A stretch of DNA of 32,126 nt. Source: Candidatus Hydrothermarchaeota archaeon. GTDB lineage: Archaea > Hydrothermarchaeota > Hydrothermarchaeia > Hydrothermarchaeales > WAQR01. The notes beneath the pieces were generated by a model. The model made no database searches, was not told the origin of the DNA, and saw only the letters and a list, made by a program, of their open reading frames with translations. Position 1 is the stretch's first letter, and every line of letters begins with the position of its first letter. Both the position numbers and the translations under genes were made by a program. Of this stretch, positions 1-8,226 are shown in pieces. The stretch lies in the NCBI GenBank assembly GCA_015520145.1, contig WAQR01000125.1:1-32126 (forward strand). Direction: 5' to 3'.

Positions 1-238
1 CAATCATCCTGGTTTTTATAAAAAAAGAGATGATTTTACGCATCCCTGCAGGTACCATTGCTCCTGAAAGCCCCATGAAGATTGTCATGTCTTCTTCTTC
101 CAGCATACTTGCCCAGATGTCCACTGCTTCACCGAGTTTCCTGCCCTGGAAGCCTGTCTCTTTCATTGCGTCAGTCAGGCTTTTGATAGACCTGTCCTTT
201 ACTTCAATCGGCGTTGTGGGTCTGTCTAAATACTTCAT
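1..238 (-). CDS. dys: deoxyhypusine synthase, N-terminal part (gene runs off the window start)
   Basis: Reverse-strand translation from the ATG at complement 236-238 gives MKYLDRPTTPIEVKDRSIKSLTDAMKETGFQGRKLGEAVDIWASMLEEEDMTIFMGLSGAMVPAGMRKIISFFIKTRMI. The GFQ..LG.A..I...M and GLSGA.V.AG.R patterns match deoxyhypusine synthases. It is absent from the ORF track because it is truncated. Confidence 0.7.
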   Translation of the reverse strand, partial: MKYLDRPTTPIEVKDRSIKSLTDAMKETGFQGRKLGEAVDIWASMLEEEDMTIFMGLSGAMVPAGMRKIISFFIKTRMI

Positions 239-296
239 AGTAAATCCCTCATACTAGAATCCTGTCCTCTGAGGTGAAGTTCATATCGAACAGGTG

Positions 297-1151
297 CTAG
301 CATATTTCGAGCACGTCCCATGAAGAGTATATCCTGCCAGGCTTCCCGTTCTCATAAAGCCAGGTTACTGCCCTTATCGCACCGTTTACAAATGCCTGTC
401 TGCTGTGTGCCCTGTGCGTGATCTCTACCCGCTCCCCTTCACCTGCGAAAAGGACTGTATGGTCTCCTACGATATCACCTGCCCTTATAGAATGGAAACC
501 TATCTCTTCCCCTCTCTCACCGATAACCCCTCTCGAGCGTCCGAACATCCCGATTTCCTCTATATCTCTGCCAGCAGCCTCTGCTATCAGCTCGCCTGCT
601 TTCAGGGCTGTCCCTGATGGTGCGTCTTTTTTGAATCTGTGATGGGCCTCTATTATCTCGATATCGTAATCGTTTCCAAGGGTCTTGGCGATATCTCTTA
701 TAACCTTAAAGAATACATTTACTCCTGTTGCCATGTTTGGAGATATTACTGCACATATCCCGCTTTCTTTGATAATATCTTCGATTTCTCTTCTCTGTTC
801 ACCTGTAAACCCTGTTGTCCCTACAACAAGATTTATCCCTGCCCCTGCTGCCGTCTTTATGGTCTTAAAGGCAGCATCAGGGGATGTAAAATCGATTAGG
901 ATATCAGGCCTGGTATCTTCCAGAGCGTTCTCCAGTTCGTCGCTGCCTGTCAACATTATGCCTGTTTCACCTGTTCTATCCGTTTTGCCTATTTTACCAA
1001 GGCCCAGGAGTTCGCAGATGTCTTTCCCAATCTCTACCTTTGTGGATACCTCGACAGCAAGTACGAGTTCGATATCCTCTCTGCCAGATATCGTTTTTAT
1101 TATCATGCTGCCCATCCTTCCAAGTGCCCCGGTAACTGCAACTCGAATCAT
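297..1151 (-). CDS. dapB: 4-hydroxy-tetrahydrodipicolinate reductase
   Basis: 284-aa ORF. N-terminal Rossmann motif MIRVAVTGALGRMG and the diagnostic EAHHRFKKDAPSGTA motif of DapB. Confidence 0.9.
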   Translation of the reverse strand: MIRVAVTGALGRMGSMIIKTISGREDIELVLAVEVSTKVEIGKDICELLGLGKIGKTDRTGETGIMLTGSDELENALEDTRPDILIDFTSPDAAFKTIKTAAGAGINLVVGTTGFTGEQRREIEDIIKESGICAVISPNMATGVNVFFKVIRDIAKTLGNDYDIEIIEAHHRFKKDAPSGTALKAGELIAEAAGRDIEEIGMFGRSRGVIGERGEEIGFHSIRAGDIVGDHTVLFAGEGERVEITHRAHSRQAFVNGAIRAVTWLYENGKPGRIYSSWDVLEIC

Positions 1152-1227
1152 ATTACCACAATAATTACTTCAGATATATAACCATGTCGCTTTGTGTCTG
1201 ACTAACCCAATAACTCTACAAAATCCT

Positions 1228-1764
1228 CTACAATATTTTTACCCTCAATTTCGAGTAATCCTCTTTGATATCAACATTAAACCCCATATTTTTGAGAGAT
1301 TCTTCTAAAAATGTCTTTATGAACTCTTTGCCGGCTTTTGAGCCCAGAATAAGTGTGAACTCCTTTTCATCAGCCTTTCTCAGTTTATAGAAGTTGCATA
1401 CCTCAAGCCTTGTGAGCAGGTCTTCGACAGATTTTATCTTTCCTTTGAGCTGTTCTGCATGGGATTTGGCAATCTTGCGGTGTGCGTCCCAGAACTCGTC
1501 AGCCCTGGGGCTGTCCTCAATAAGCTTTAAAAACAATATCCAGTGGTCAAGGTCGATTATCACATGTTCTCCTTCAGCGAGCATATCCACATAGGTGTTT
1601 ATCTTCTCATCCCCTGATTCCAGGAGTTCTTTGTAGTCTGAATAGAATCTTAATGCACGCCTGATAAGCCCGCTTTTCGATGAACGTGTTTCACTTTTTA
1701 GCCTGTCAAATAGTGTGGAGGTCTTGTCATCCAGGGCGATTGTGATCCTGATTGGTGGTTTCAT
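1228..1764 (-). CDS. ribbon-helix-helix (CopG/Arc/MetJ-type) DNA-binding protein with a C-terminal domain of unknown function
   Basis: 178-aa ORF. The N-terminus IRITIALDDKTSTLFDRLKSETRSSKSGLIRRALRFY has the strand-helix-helix pattern of RHH regulators. No NikR-type metal-binding motif is seen. Confidence 0.6.
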   Translation of the reverse strand: MKPPIRITIALDDKTSTLFDRLKSETRSSKSGLIRRALRFYSDYKELLESGDEKINTYVDMLAEGEHVIIDLDHWILFLKLIEDSPRADEFWDAHRKIAKSHAEQLKGKIKSVEDLLTRLEVCNFYKLRKADEKEFTLILGSKAGKEFIKTFLEESLKNMGFNVDIKEDYSKLRVKIL

Positions 1765-1820
1765 GAAAATGAATTCTTTTACCTTATGATTTATATGTCT
1801 TTCTTTTATTCCTTTCTTTC

Positions 1821-1870
1821 ATTCAGGTTTTTATTCAGGTAAAAAGCGTAAAAAGCAACACAAGCAACAC
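1821..1870. repeat. chain of three short tandem duplications
   Basis: ATTCAGGT occurs at 1821-1828 and 1833-1840. GTAAAAAGC x2 is perfect at 1839-1856. AAGCAACAC x2 is perfect at 1853-1870. The chain lies 57-106 bp upstream of the RHH gene start (1764) and just upstream of a TATA-like box at 1872-1880. Confidence 0.9.
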
Positions 1871-1871
1871 A

Positions 1872-1880
1872 TTTTTATAC
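1872..1880 (+). promoter_or_regulatory. TATA-box-like element
   Basis: TTTTTATAC lies about 100 bp upstream of the ATG at 1980, implying a leader of about 75 nt that contains the TGGATAA motifs. It was called by eye only. Confidence 0.35.
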
Positions 1881-1885
1881 ACAGG

Positions 1886-1948
1886 AAATGGATAAATGAG
1901 TTGGTAAATGGATAAGAGGTAATTGGATAAGATAAAAGGACTGGATAG
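1886..1948. repeat. four spaced copies of a TGGATA(A/G) motif
   Basis: AAATGGATAA occurs at 1886-1895 and 1906-1915, AATTGGATAA at 1921-1930, and CTGGATAG at 1941-1948. All lie between the TATA-like box and the ATG at 1980. Confidence 0.8.
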
Positions 1949-1979
1949 ACGAGGTACACCGAGATTGAAAGGTGACGAC

Positions 1980-2834
1980 ATGGCAATTAAAATCGATACA
2001 GATTTGAAGATCATTCTGGGGCTGACTGCGGTATCTGTGTTTTCTGTCATTGCCCCACCACTTGATGGTTCTGTTCTTCGAATCCTGATGGGAATAATTA
2101 TCATACTTTTTCTTCCTGGATATTCTGTTACTGCTGCAATTTTCACAAAAAAAGGAGATATCGACGGCATTGAACGTGTCGCCCTGTCTATCGGGCTTTC
2201 TGTCGCAGTCGCGCCTTTACTCGGGCTCATATTGAACTACACATCGTTTGGGATACGTCTCGTTCCTGTTGTCGCTGCACTGGCGATTTTCATCTTCCTG
2301 ATGTCTGCGCTTGCACTCTACCGCAGGGGTATGCTTGATGAGAGCGAACGGTTTCAGTTTGAGATGGGATGGAAGGATTTTAAGGAAGATACCGGATGGA
2401 AGGAGTTTCCATGTTCTGGCAGGATACTCATGCTGGTGTTGATTGTTGCAATAGTCTCCAGTATAGGGACGCTGGTGTATGTGACATCCAAGTCAGGGCA
2501 GAGGGAGAGATTCACCGAGTTTTATATCCTGGGGGAAGATATGAGAGCGGAGGGATATCCTGCTGTCCTTGGTGTTGGTGAGGAGGGGAGGGTGAATGTA
2601 GGGATTAGGAATAACGAGTATGGGAGAGTGAATTATACTGTGTTGGTGAAAACAGGTGATACCGTGCTTGGGAAGCGGAGTGTGGTGCTTGAACACGGGC
2701 AGAATGTGACATACCTTCAGACATTCTCTATCCCTGAAAAAGGGGAGAGGAAAAAGGTGGAATTTCTATTGTATAAAAACGGGTCAGCAGATATCCCGTA
2801 TCGCGCTCTGCATTTATGGATAACGGTCCGATAG
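1980..2834 (+). CDS. membrane protein, DUF1616-like (several N-terminal TM helices plus a C-terminal soluble domain)
   Basis: The track ORF 1923-2834 starts at a TTG. An internal ATG at 1980 is preceded by AGGTGA (1969-1974) at 5-nt spacing, so it is the preferred start. Four or five hydrophobic helices are followed by a beta-rich domain, as in archaeal DUF1616 proteins. Confidence 0.6.
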   Translation: MAIKIDTDLKIILGLTAVSVFSVIAPPLDGSVLRILMGIIIILFLPGYSVTAAIFTKKGDIDGIERVALSIGLSVAVAPLLGLILNYTSFGIRLVPVVAALAIFIFLMSALALYRRGMLDESERFQFEMGWKDFKEDTGWKEFPCSGRILMLVLIVAIVSSIGTLVYVTSKSGQRERFTEFYILGEDMRAEGYPAVLGVGEEGRVNVGIRNNEYGRVNYTVLVKTGDTVLGKRSVVLEHGQNVTYLQTFSIPEKGERKKVEFLLYKNGSADIPYRALHLWITVR

Positions 2835-2847
2835 CCGTTATGGCAGT

Positions 2848-2885
2848 CAGCCATTAGCCATTACCATCAGCCATTAACAGCATTA
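2848..2885. repeat. (CA)GCCATTA motif x4
   Basis: CAGCCATTA 2848-2856, GCCATTA 2857-2863, CAGCCATTA 2868-2876 and CAGCATTA 2878-2885, in the spacer between the DUF1616-like gene and the M24 peptidase gene. Confidence 0.8.
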
Positions 2886-2920
2886 TATTTATTAATCTGA
2901 CCGCCTCTTTAAAGGTTACT

Positions 2921-3922
2921 ATGAGAATAAAAAAGGCACTCCAAGCCCTTGAGGAAAAAGGGCTTAAATGCGGGATAGTGTTGAAACCCGAAAATATATA
3001 TTACCTGGCAGGATTCTTTCCGTCTGCATTTTGCGCACTTGTCCTGGAGGAAGACCCGCGGCTTTTCGTATCAGACATGGATAAAAAGCTTGCATCAGAT
3101 ATCGATTTGGATGTGAAGCCAATTGAAAACTTTAAAAAAGGGTTTAGACCCGGGTATAAGAAAATCGGTATTGAGAAGGGATATGCCACTGTCAGGTTCT
3201 ATGAGAAGTATCTCAGGGACAGGGAGATATTTGACCTGGATTTTATAAATGATATGCGGAAGGTGAAGGATAAATTCGAAATCAGGCAGATAAAAGATGC
3301 ACTGAAGCTGACAGCCAGAGGGATGGAGATTGCAAAGGAGATGATTGATGCAAAAAGATATACTGAAAAGGAGATAGCAGCAGGGGTGGAGCATTTCTTT
3401 AAATCCAGGGCAGGTTCGGCATTCGAGCCGATTATTGCCTGTGGAGGAAATTCGGCAATACCGCATCACAGACCTTCAAATAAAATCGCTGATAGAGATC
3501 CTGTAATCGTTGATATGGGTGCAAGGGTGAATCATTACAGCTCTGATATCACAAGGACATTTGGATTTTCAGATTCTTCTGATATATTCCTGGCAGTCAG
3601 GGATGCACAGGAGGCAGGTATAAGAGAATGCCGTGCTGGCAATGAGGTAAAGAATGTCGATGCCGCTGTAAGGGGGGTCTTGAAGGAGTATGGTTTTGAA
3701 TGCGATTTTCTTCATTCTGCCGGACACGGTCTCGGGCTTGATGTCCATGACCCACCTGCATTGAAAAAGGATGCAGAAGGTATATTTGAGAAGGGTATGG
3801 TTGTGTCGGTTGAACCTGGGGTTTACAGGGATGTCGGGGTGAGGATAGAGGATATGGTCATTGTCGGCAGGCGTCCGGAGGTAATATCAAAGAACATCGC
3901 AGCAGGCATCGGGGCAGATTGA
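2921..3922 (+). CDS. M24-family Xaa-Pro aminopeptidase/dipeptidase
   Basis: 333-aa ORF with the pita-bread-fold metal-ligand pattern: VIVDMGA, HYSSDITRT, HSAGHGLGLDVHD, VSVEPGVY and RIEDMV. Confidence 0.85.
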   Translation: MRIKKALQALEEKGLKCGIVLKPENIYYLAGFFPSAFCALVLEEDPRLFVSDMDKKLASDIDLDVKPIENFKKGFRPGYKKIGIEKGYATVRFYEKYLRDREIFDLDFINDMRKVKDKFEIRQIKDALKLTARGMEIAKEMIDAKRYTEKEIAAGVEHFFKSRAGSAFEPIIACGGNSAIPHHRPSNKIADRDPVIVDMGARVNHYSSDITRTFGFSDSSDIFLAVRDAQEAGIRECRAGNEVKNVDAAVRGVLKEYGFECDFLHSAGHGLGLDVHDPPALKKDAEGIFEKGMVVSVEPGVYRDVGVRIEDMVIVGRRPEVISKNIAAGIGAD

Positions 3923-3924
3923 GG

Positions 3925-3984
3925 TTGAGCGAGAGATGCGTGAGAGTTGAGTGAATTGAGCGAGAGATGCGTGAGTTGAGTGAG
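3925..3984. repeat. about 31-bp tandem duplication x2
   Basis: TTGAGCGAGAGATGCGTGAG occurs at 3925-3944 and again at 3956-3975. Each copy is followed by (G)TTGAGTGA, with one 1-nt indel. The repeat begins 3 nt after the peptidase stop and ends 16 nt before the larC ATG at 4000. Confidence 0.9.
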
Positions 3985-3999
3985 ATGGAGTTTTGTGAG

Positions 4000-5268
4000 A
4001 TGAAAAGGATTTTGATAATAAACCCGTATCTATCCGGTATTAGCGGGAATATGGTGCTCGGCGCGCTACTTGATATTGGGGCTGATGAGAAACGGCTTGA
4101 GCGGGTTGCAGAGGCAGTCTCTGCCAGGATGGATTGCAGGGTGGAGTGGAGAATGGAGCGGAGGGCGGATATCCGTGCGCTGTGGATTGATACTTCGATT
4201 GAGGGCAGGTTCAGGAGATATGATACCAGGGACGTAGAGGCGCTAGTTTCTTCCCTGGGGTTAAAAAAGGATGCGTCACGATTTGTAAAGGATGTCTTTA
4301 GGACAATAATTGCAGCAGAGAGGGAGGTGCATAAAATATCTGATGCCGCAGAGTTCGGCCCGGATACAGACGGCACGGCCGGCAGCGTTCACCTGCATGA
4401 ACTGGGTTCGCCTGATACGCTCTTTGATATCCTGGGTGCGGCAGCACTTTTAGATGATCTCGGGCTTTTTGGAGATGATGTGGATGTGTTTTCTCTGCCT
4501 GTTGAGGTGGGGTCAGGGAATGTCAGGACGTCTCATGGATTGATACCAGTCCCTGCACCGGTTACCGCTTTGATGTTGAAAAATTTCGGCATACCGTTCC
4601 ATTCTTCAGGAGTTGAGGGGGAGCTGGCAACGCCTACAGGGATCGCGATATTGGCGAATCTTGCTGACGAATACGGGCTTGAGTTTCCTGTGGTAGAGAT
4701 TGAGAATACCGGTATGGGCGCTGGCACATTCAAGCTCGGGGACAGGCCGAATTTTCTCACATTTACACTGGCAAGGGTGCTGGGTGCCAGAGATGAGGGT
4801 GGGGAGTATGTGAGGGTTATGGAAACAAATGTCGACGATGTTTCTGGCGAGGTTCTGGGCTACACGCTGGAACGGCTTTATGAAAATGGTGCGCTGGATG
4901 TCCAGATAGTCCCTTCTGTAACAAAGAAGAACAGGCCGGGGTTTATAATAACTGTTATCGCAAAGGGTGGGGACGAAGCAAGGTTATCAAAGATACTGAT
5001 AGAGGAGACGGGTACGCTTGGAATAAGGACACGAAAGTCTTATAAGAGGTTTCTCCTTAAGCGTGAGGTCGTCAAGGTGGATGTTGAGATACCGGGTTTC
5101 AGGGGCAGGGCGAGGGTCAAGATTGCAAGAGATGATGACGGAAGGGTAGTGAATATCAAACCGGAGTATGATGATGCAAAAGAGATTGCAAAAAAAACTG
5201 GTCTGCCTATCAGGGAGGTGATGAGGGAGATTTATGTTCAATCACTTGAATGCAGGGGGCGATGGTAG
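4000..5268 (+). CDS. larC: LarC-family nickel insertion protein (nickel-pincer cofactor biosynthesis, DUF111/UPF0272)
   Basis: The family-typical N-terminus MKRILIINPYLSGISGNMVLGALLDIGAD starts at the third in-frame ATG (4000) of track ORF 3967-5268. An HLHELGSPDTLFDILG motif is also present. No larB or larE lies nearby. Confidence 0.8.
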   Translation: MKRILIINPYLSGISGNMVLGALLDIGADEKRLERVAEAVSARMDCRVEWRMERRADIRALWIDTSIEGRFRRYDTRDVEALVSSLGLKKDASRFVKDVFRTIIAAEREVHKISDAAEFGPDTDGTAGSVHLHELGSPDTLFDILGAAALLDDLGLFGDDVDVFSLPVEVGSGNVRTSHGLIPVPAPVTALMLKNFGIPFHSSGVEGELATPTGIAILANLADEYGLEFPVVEIENTGMGAGTFKLGDRPNFLTFTLARVLGARDEGGEYVRVMETNVDDVSGEVLGYTLERLYENGALDVQIVPSVTKKNRPGFIITVIAKGGDEARLSKILIEETGTLGIRTRKSYKRFLLKREVVKVDVEIPGFRGRARVKIARDDDGRVVNIKPEYDDAKEIAKKTGLPIREVMREIYVQSLECRGRW

Positions 5269-5510
5269 GATAGTTGGATGGAGATAATTTAGGAATTATT
5301 GGAGCATAAAGGCAACAAAACAGCAGAAAGAACTGATAACTGGCCTGGACACAGGTGAGGCTAGGGTGGATATGATTTTGTGATAAAATGGAAGTGGCGT
5401 TTTAATGCCTGATATAGAAGGAGCTGTTTTGATGGGAAAAAGATATAAAATAGAAGCACCTGTAAACGAAACAATCATTGATATCGTGAAAATGTTGGAG
5501 AATAGATAGA

Positions 5511-5810
5511 ATGACTGACTGGAGGCCGTTTTACAAACTATTTCCACCTGTGGCAGGGCAAACTCTACTTATAGAACTGGAGAAAAGAGGGATAATAAAA
5601 ACTGAAGGAAAAACCATCAAAATAGATATGGATGCAGATTTCCCTGAGTTCTGCATATTCTGTAAACATCTACAACCGTCATCAAGTGCATATATCTATG
5701 TCTGCGGAAAATATGGTATGACACCTGCAGAAACAAAACAGGCTCAAAAAGAGGGCTGTATTCACCCGGAAGGTATTGATTTTGAGATGAGAGAGTTTTG
5801 GGATAAATAA
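5511..5810 (+). CDS. hypothetical small protein (wHTH-like segment plus CxxC..C..C)
   Basis: 99-aa ORF. VAGQTLLIELEKRGIIK looks like a recognition helix plus wing. Cys residues occur at FCIFC, VCG and GCIH. No family was recognised. Confidence 0.4.
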   Translation: MTDWRPFYKLFPPVAGQTLLIELEKRGIIKTEGKTIKIDMDADFPEFCIFCKHLQPSSSAYIYVCGKYGMTPAETKQAQKEGCIHPEGIDFEMREFWDK

Positions 5811-5821
5811 AGATTATGAAA

Positions 5822-5896
5822 TGCAGCCGCCGGGATTCGAACCCGGGTAACGAGCTTGGAAGGCTAGTGTCCTAGACCAGACTAGACCACGGCTGC
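5822..5896 (-). tRNA. tRNA-Gly (anticodon UCC)
   Basis: The reverse strand reads GCAGCCG UG GUCU AGUCUGGUCUA GGAC A CUAGC CUUCCAA GCUCG UUAC CCGGG UUCGAAU CCCGG CGGCUGC A. This is a full cloverleaf with a 7-bp acceptor stem and a canonical T-arm. The anticodon loop is CU-UCC-AA, with one U.C mismatch in the anticodon stem. No CCA is encoded. Confidence 0.9.
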
Positions 5897-5900
5897 TCTT

Positions 5901-5932
5901 GCTCTACTACTTTAATGCTCTACTACTTTAAT
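5901..5932. repeat. perfect 16-bp tandem duplication x2
   Basis: GCTCTACTACTTTAAT occurs at 5901-5916 and 5917-5932, followed by a partial third copy (CTACT). It lies between the stop codon at 5933-5935 and the 5' end of tRNA-Gly. Confidence 0.95.
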
Positions 5933-7150
5933 CTACTGAACTATTAGTTCCTCTGCTAACATCGGAAGAAATATCCCAACATCTGTGACAATTCCAAGCG
6001 CCTGTGCAGTCCCTCTATCACTCAGTTTTGTAACGGTTGCAGGATTTATATCGATACAGATTGTCTTCACGCTGGATGCGAGGAGGTTGCCCACTGCAAT
6101 AGAATGGAGCATTGTAGAGAGCATTAGAACCAGTTCCACATCCTCCAGATTCTTTCTCATCTCTTTTTGGGCGTCTATGACATCTGTTATAACCTCTGGA
6201 AGCGGTCCGTCATCTCTTATCGAACCTGCAAGAACGAAAGGAATCCTTTTTTTGATACACTCATACATTATACCTCCACTGACCTTCCCTTCCCTGACCA
6301 GGTTTTCTATTGAACCTGCACGTTTCACCTCGTTAATTGAATAGAGGTGGTTCCTGTGACCCCCTTCAGTCGACCTCCCTGATCTCAGATCCAGGCCAAG
6401 CGATGTCCCGTACAGCTGGTATTCGATATCATGGACGGCAATCGCATTCCCTGCAAATAATACGTCCACGAACCCTTCTCTGATAAGTGCGGCAAGCGAT
6501 TCAGCAGACCCTGTATGAACCACAGCAGGCCCTGCTACAGCAAGAACCTTTTTCCCTCTTTTTTTCACCTCCCTTATCTCTCCTGCGACCTGACTTACTA
6601 TTGACCTGGTAGGTTTCTCAGAGGATACCCGGCTCTTCATGAAATCGAATATAGTATAACTGCGCGGTCTCTCAGGGGGCTCGACCCTGATCCCGGTATT
6701 ACCCACAACCACCAGGTCGCCCTTTTTGATATCTGAAAACGTCTTCCCGAACGCCTGTTTATTTTCCCTGTCCACAACAATCGCCACGTCCATCTCGGTA
6801 TTCTTTACTTCAATCCATTCGCCGTCCAGAAGCACATAGGTACGGTGGTTAGTGGTCGAGTAAAAACCTTCAGGGAGGGTCATATCCTTTGGTGCCTTCT
6901 CAAGCCTCAGTTCCTCGATATCAGGGATCTTTGCACCTATCTTTAAAAGCTCACCTAAAATCACATCAAGATCTTTTCTATTCCCGGCCTTGACGAGCAG
7001 CCTCGCATAGGATGGGTCTTTTTTATGTTTGCCTATATCAAACTGAATGACCTCGAATTCTCCACCGTGGTCCATTATAGTATCAAACACCTCAGGGAGG
7101 ATAAATGAATCGATTATATGACCTTTGAGTTCGATTTCCTTTACTTCCAA
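5933..7150 (-). CDS. TIGR00300-type protein (LOR/SDH N-terminal-like domain; archaeal ornithine cyclodeaminase/arginine dihydrolase-related family)
   Basis: 405-aa ORF. The N-terminus IELKGHIIDSFILPEVFDTIMDHGGEFEVIQFDIG matches my memory of this conserved archaeal/cyanobacterial family. The exact activity is not assignable. Confidence 0.65.
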   Translation of the reverse strand: MEVKEIELKGHIIDSFILPEVFDTIMDHGGEFEVIQFDIGKHKKDPSYARLLVKAGNRKDLDVILGELLKIGAKIPDIEELRLEKAPKDMTLPEGFYSTTNHRTYVLLDGEWIEVKNTEMDVAIVVDRENKQAFGKTFSDIKKGDLVVVGNTGIRVEPPERPRSYTIFDFMKSRVSSEKPTRSIVSQVAGEIREVKKRGKKVLAVAGPAVVHTGSAESLAALIREGFVDVLFAGNAIAVHDIEYQLYGTSLGLDLRSGRSTEGGHRNHLYSINEVKRAGSIENLVREGKVSGGIMYECIKKRIPFVLAGSIRDDGPLPEVITDVIDAQKEMRKNLEDVELVLMLSTMLHSIAVGNLLASSVKTICIDINPATVTKLSDRGTAQALGIVTDVGIFLPMLAEELIVQ

Positions 7151-7184
7151 GATTATTCACCCATACCTCGTTTTCGTTTCAAAA

Positions 7185-8201
7185 TTAAATAGTTTTTGTC
7201 TTGCCCGCCTGGTAATCTGCAAAATCCGCAAAGTCCACGAACTCAGGTACCGCATATCTGAGCGGGTCGAATCTTTCAAGGTCTTCTACAACCATGCACT
7301 TCATACTCACCTTTGAATGGAGTGAGGACGGCAGGCGGAGTATCCTTTTTATATCAACTGTCACTTTTGCATCCAGGAACTTTGATATCTGGACAGTCAC
7401 CCGCTCTTCAAACCTCTTATATGCCCTCGGGTCTTTGATTATCTTTCTAATCGCCCTATCACGTCCCTTTCTAAGGTCTTCCACCACGGCGTCCCTGTTT
7501 CTTATTATCTCACCTGCCTTTACTGTACCAAGGCCGAACTCTTTAAAATCTTCTGGTTCTGCATACTCGATGATGTCTGCAAACCTGCTCCTGAAAATCC
7601 CTGTATAGCCCGCACTGTAGAGGGTTGGATCCCTGCCCTTTTTTGTCTTTGATTCGTCCCTCACCGGCACGCTCGCCCTGATATAGTCCAGGATGAACCC
7701 GCGCTCGGCCTCCCCGATTTCCATGATATCGGTATCGAGTATCCTTATATGGTACCCCCTGCCTGAATAGACATAGTAGACGTTTTCGAGTTTCAGCTGT
7801 TTTAGGTTCGTATCTATCTCCATAACCATATTCTTTGCCCGGTTAAGGCAGACCTCACAGACCATCCCCTCACCACAGCAGTTCTTGACCGGCAGGTCCT
7901 TTGCATCTATATCGAAAACAAGCTCGGCCCTTTCCCAGTTCTCCCTCTTTTTTGGGTATTCATATAAAGAAACACTGCAATAGGCTGCAAACGGGCTTCT
8001 GTTTTTTAAAAAATCTGCAAGCTCATCGATTGAATTGAAGGTATTATATCGGTCTCTTGGCCCAAGGCCGTCGTGATCGAATCCGAATTCCCTCTTTTTT
8101 ATGGAGTCCACTATGAAGTCCGGGACGTCTTCTCTATCCCATTCCTCGCTATAATATCTCTTCCTCTCTTCTGGTGTTGCCTGGCGAAACACAGTAATCA
8201 C
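7185..8201 (-). CDS. priS: DNA primase small (catalytic) subunit PriS
   Basis: 338-aa ORF. It has the catalytic acidic motif ELVFDIDAKD, a Zn-knuckle CCGEGMVCEVC, and the SGRGYHIRI and RLPSSLH motifs typical of archaeo-eukaryotic primases. Confidence 0.85.
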   Translation of the reverse strand: MITVFRQATPEERKRYYSEEWDREDVPDFIVDSIKKREFGFDHDGLGPRDRYNTFNSIDELADFLKNRSPFAAYCSVSLYEYPKKRENWERAELVFDIDAKDLPVKNCCGEGMVCEVCLNRAKNMVMEIDTNLKQLKLENVYYVYSGRGYHIRILDTDIMEIGEAERGFILDYIRASVPVRDESKTKKGRDPTLYSAGYTGIFRSRFADIIEYAEPEDFKEFGLGTVKAGEIIRNRDAVVEDLRKGRDRAIRKIIKDPRAYKRFEERVTVQISKFLDAKVTVDIKRILRLPSSLHSKVSMKCMVVEDLERFDPLRYAVPEFVDFADFADYQAGKTKTI

Positions 8202-8226
8202 AAATCAAAACTTTTCTAAACCGATT

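Noticed and set aside
3967-3999. Longer LarC N-terminus (MRELSEMEFCEM...) as in the ORF track.
   Set aside because: These codons are encoded by the 31-bp tandem duplication. The family-typical N-terminus MKRILI..GISG begins at 4000.
5507-5509. The TAG stop of the small ORF as a pyrrolysine read-through site joining it to the 99-aa ORF. The same was considered for TAGs in tiny ORFs at 23181-23240.
   Set aside because: Reading through TAG stays in a frame that hits TGA two codons later. The 99-aa ORF is in the +1 frame. No Pyl-related genes are in the window.
5811-5935. tRNA-Gly as an integration hotspot, with the flanking repeats as att sites of a mobile element.
   Set aside because: No integrase, no partial tRNA duplication, and no compositional island next to the tRNA. 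The 16-bp repeat is a head-to-tail tandem, not a split direct repeat flanking inserted DNA.
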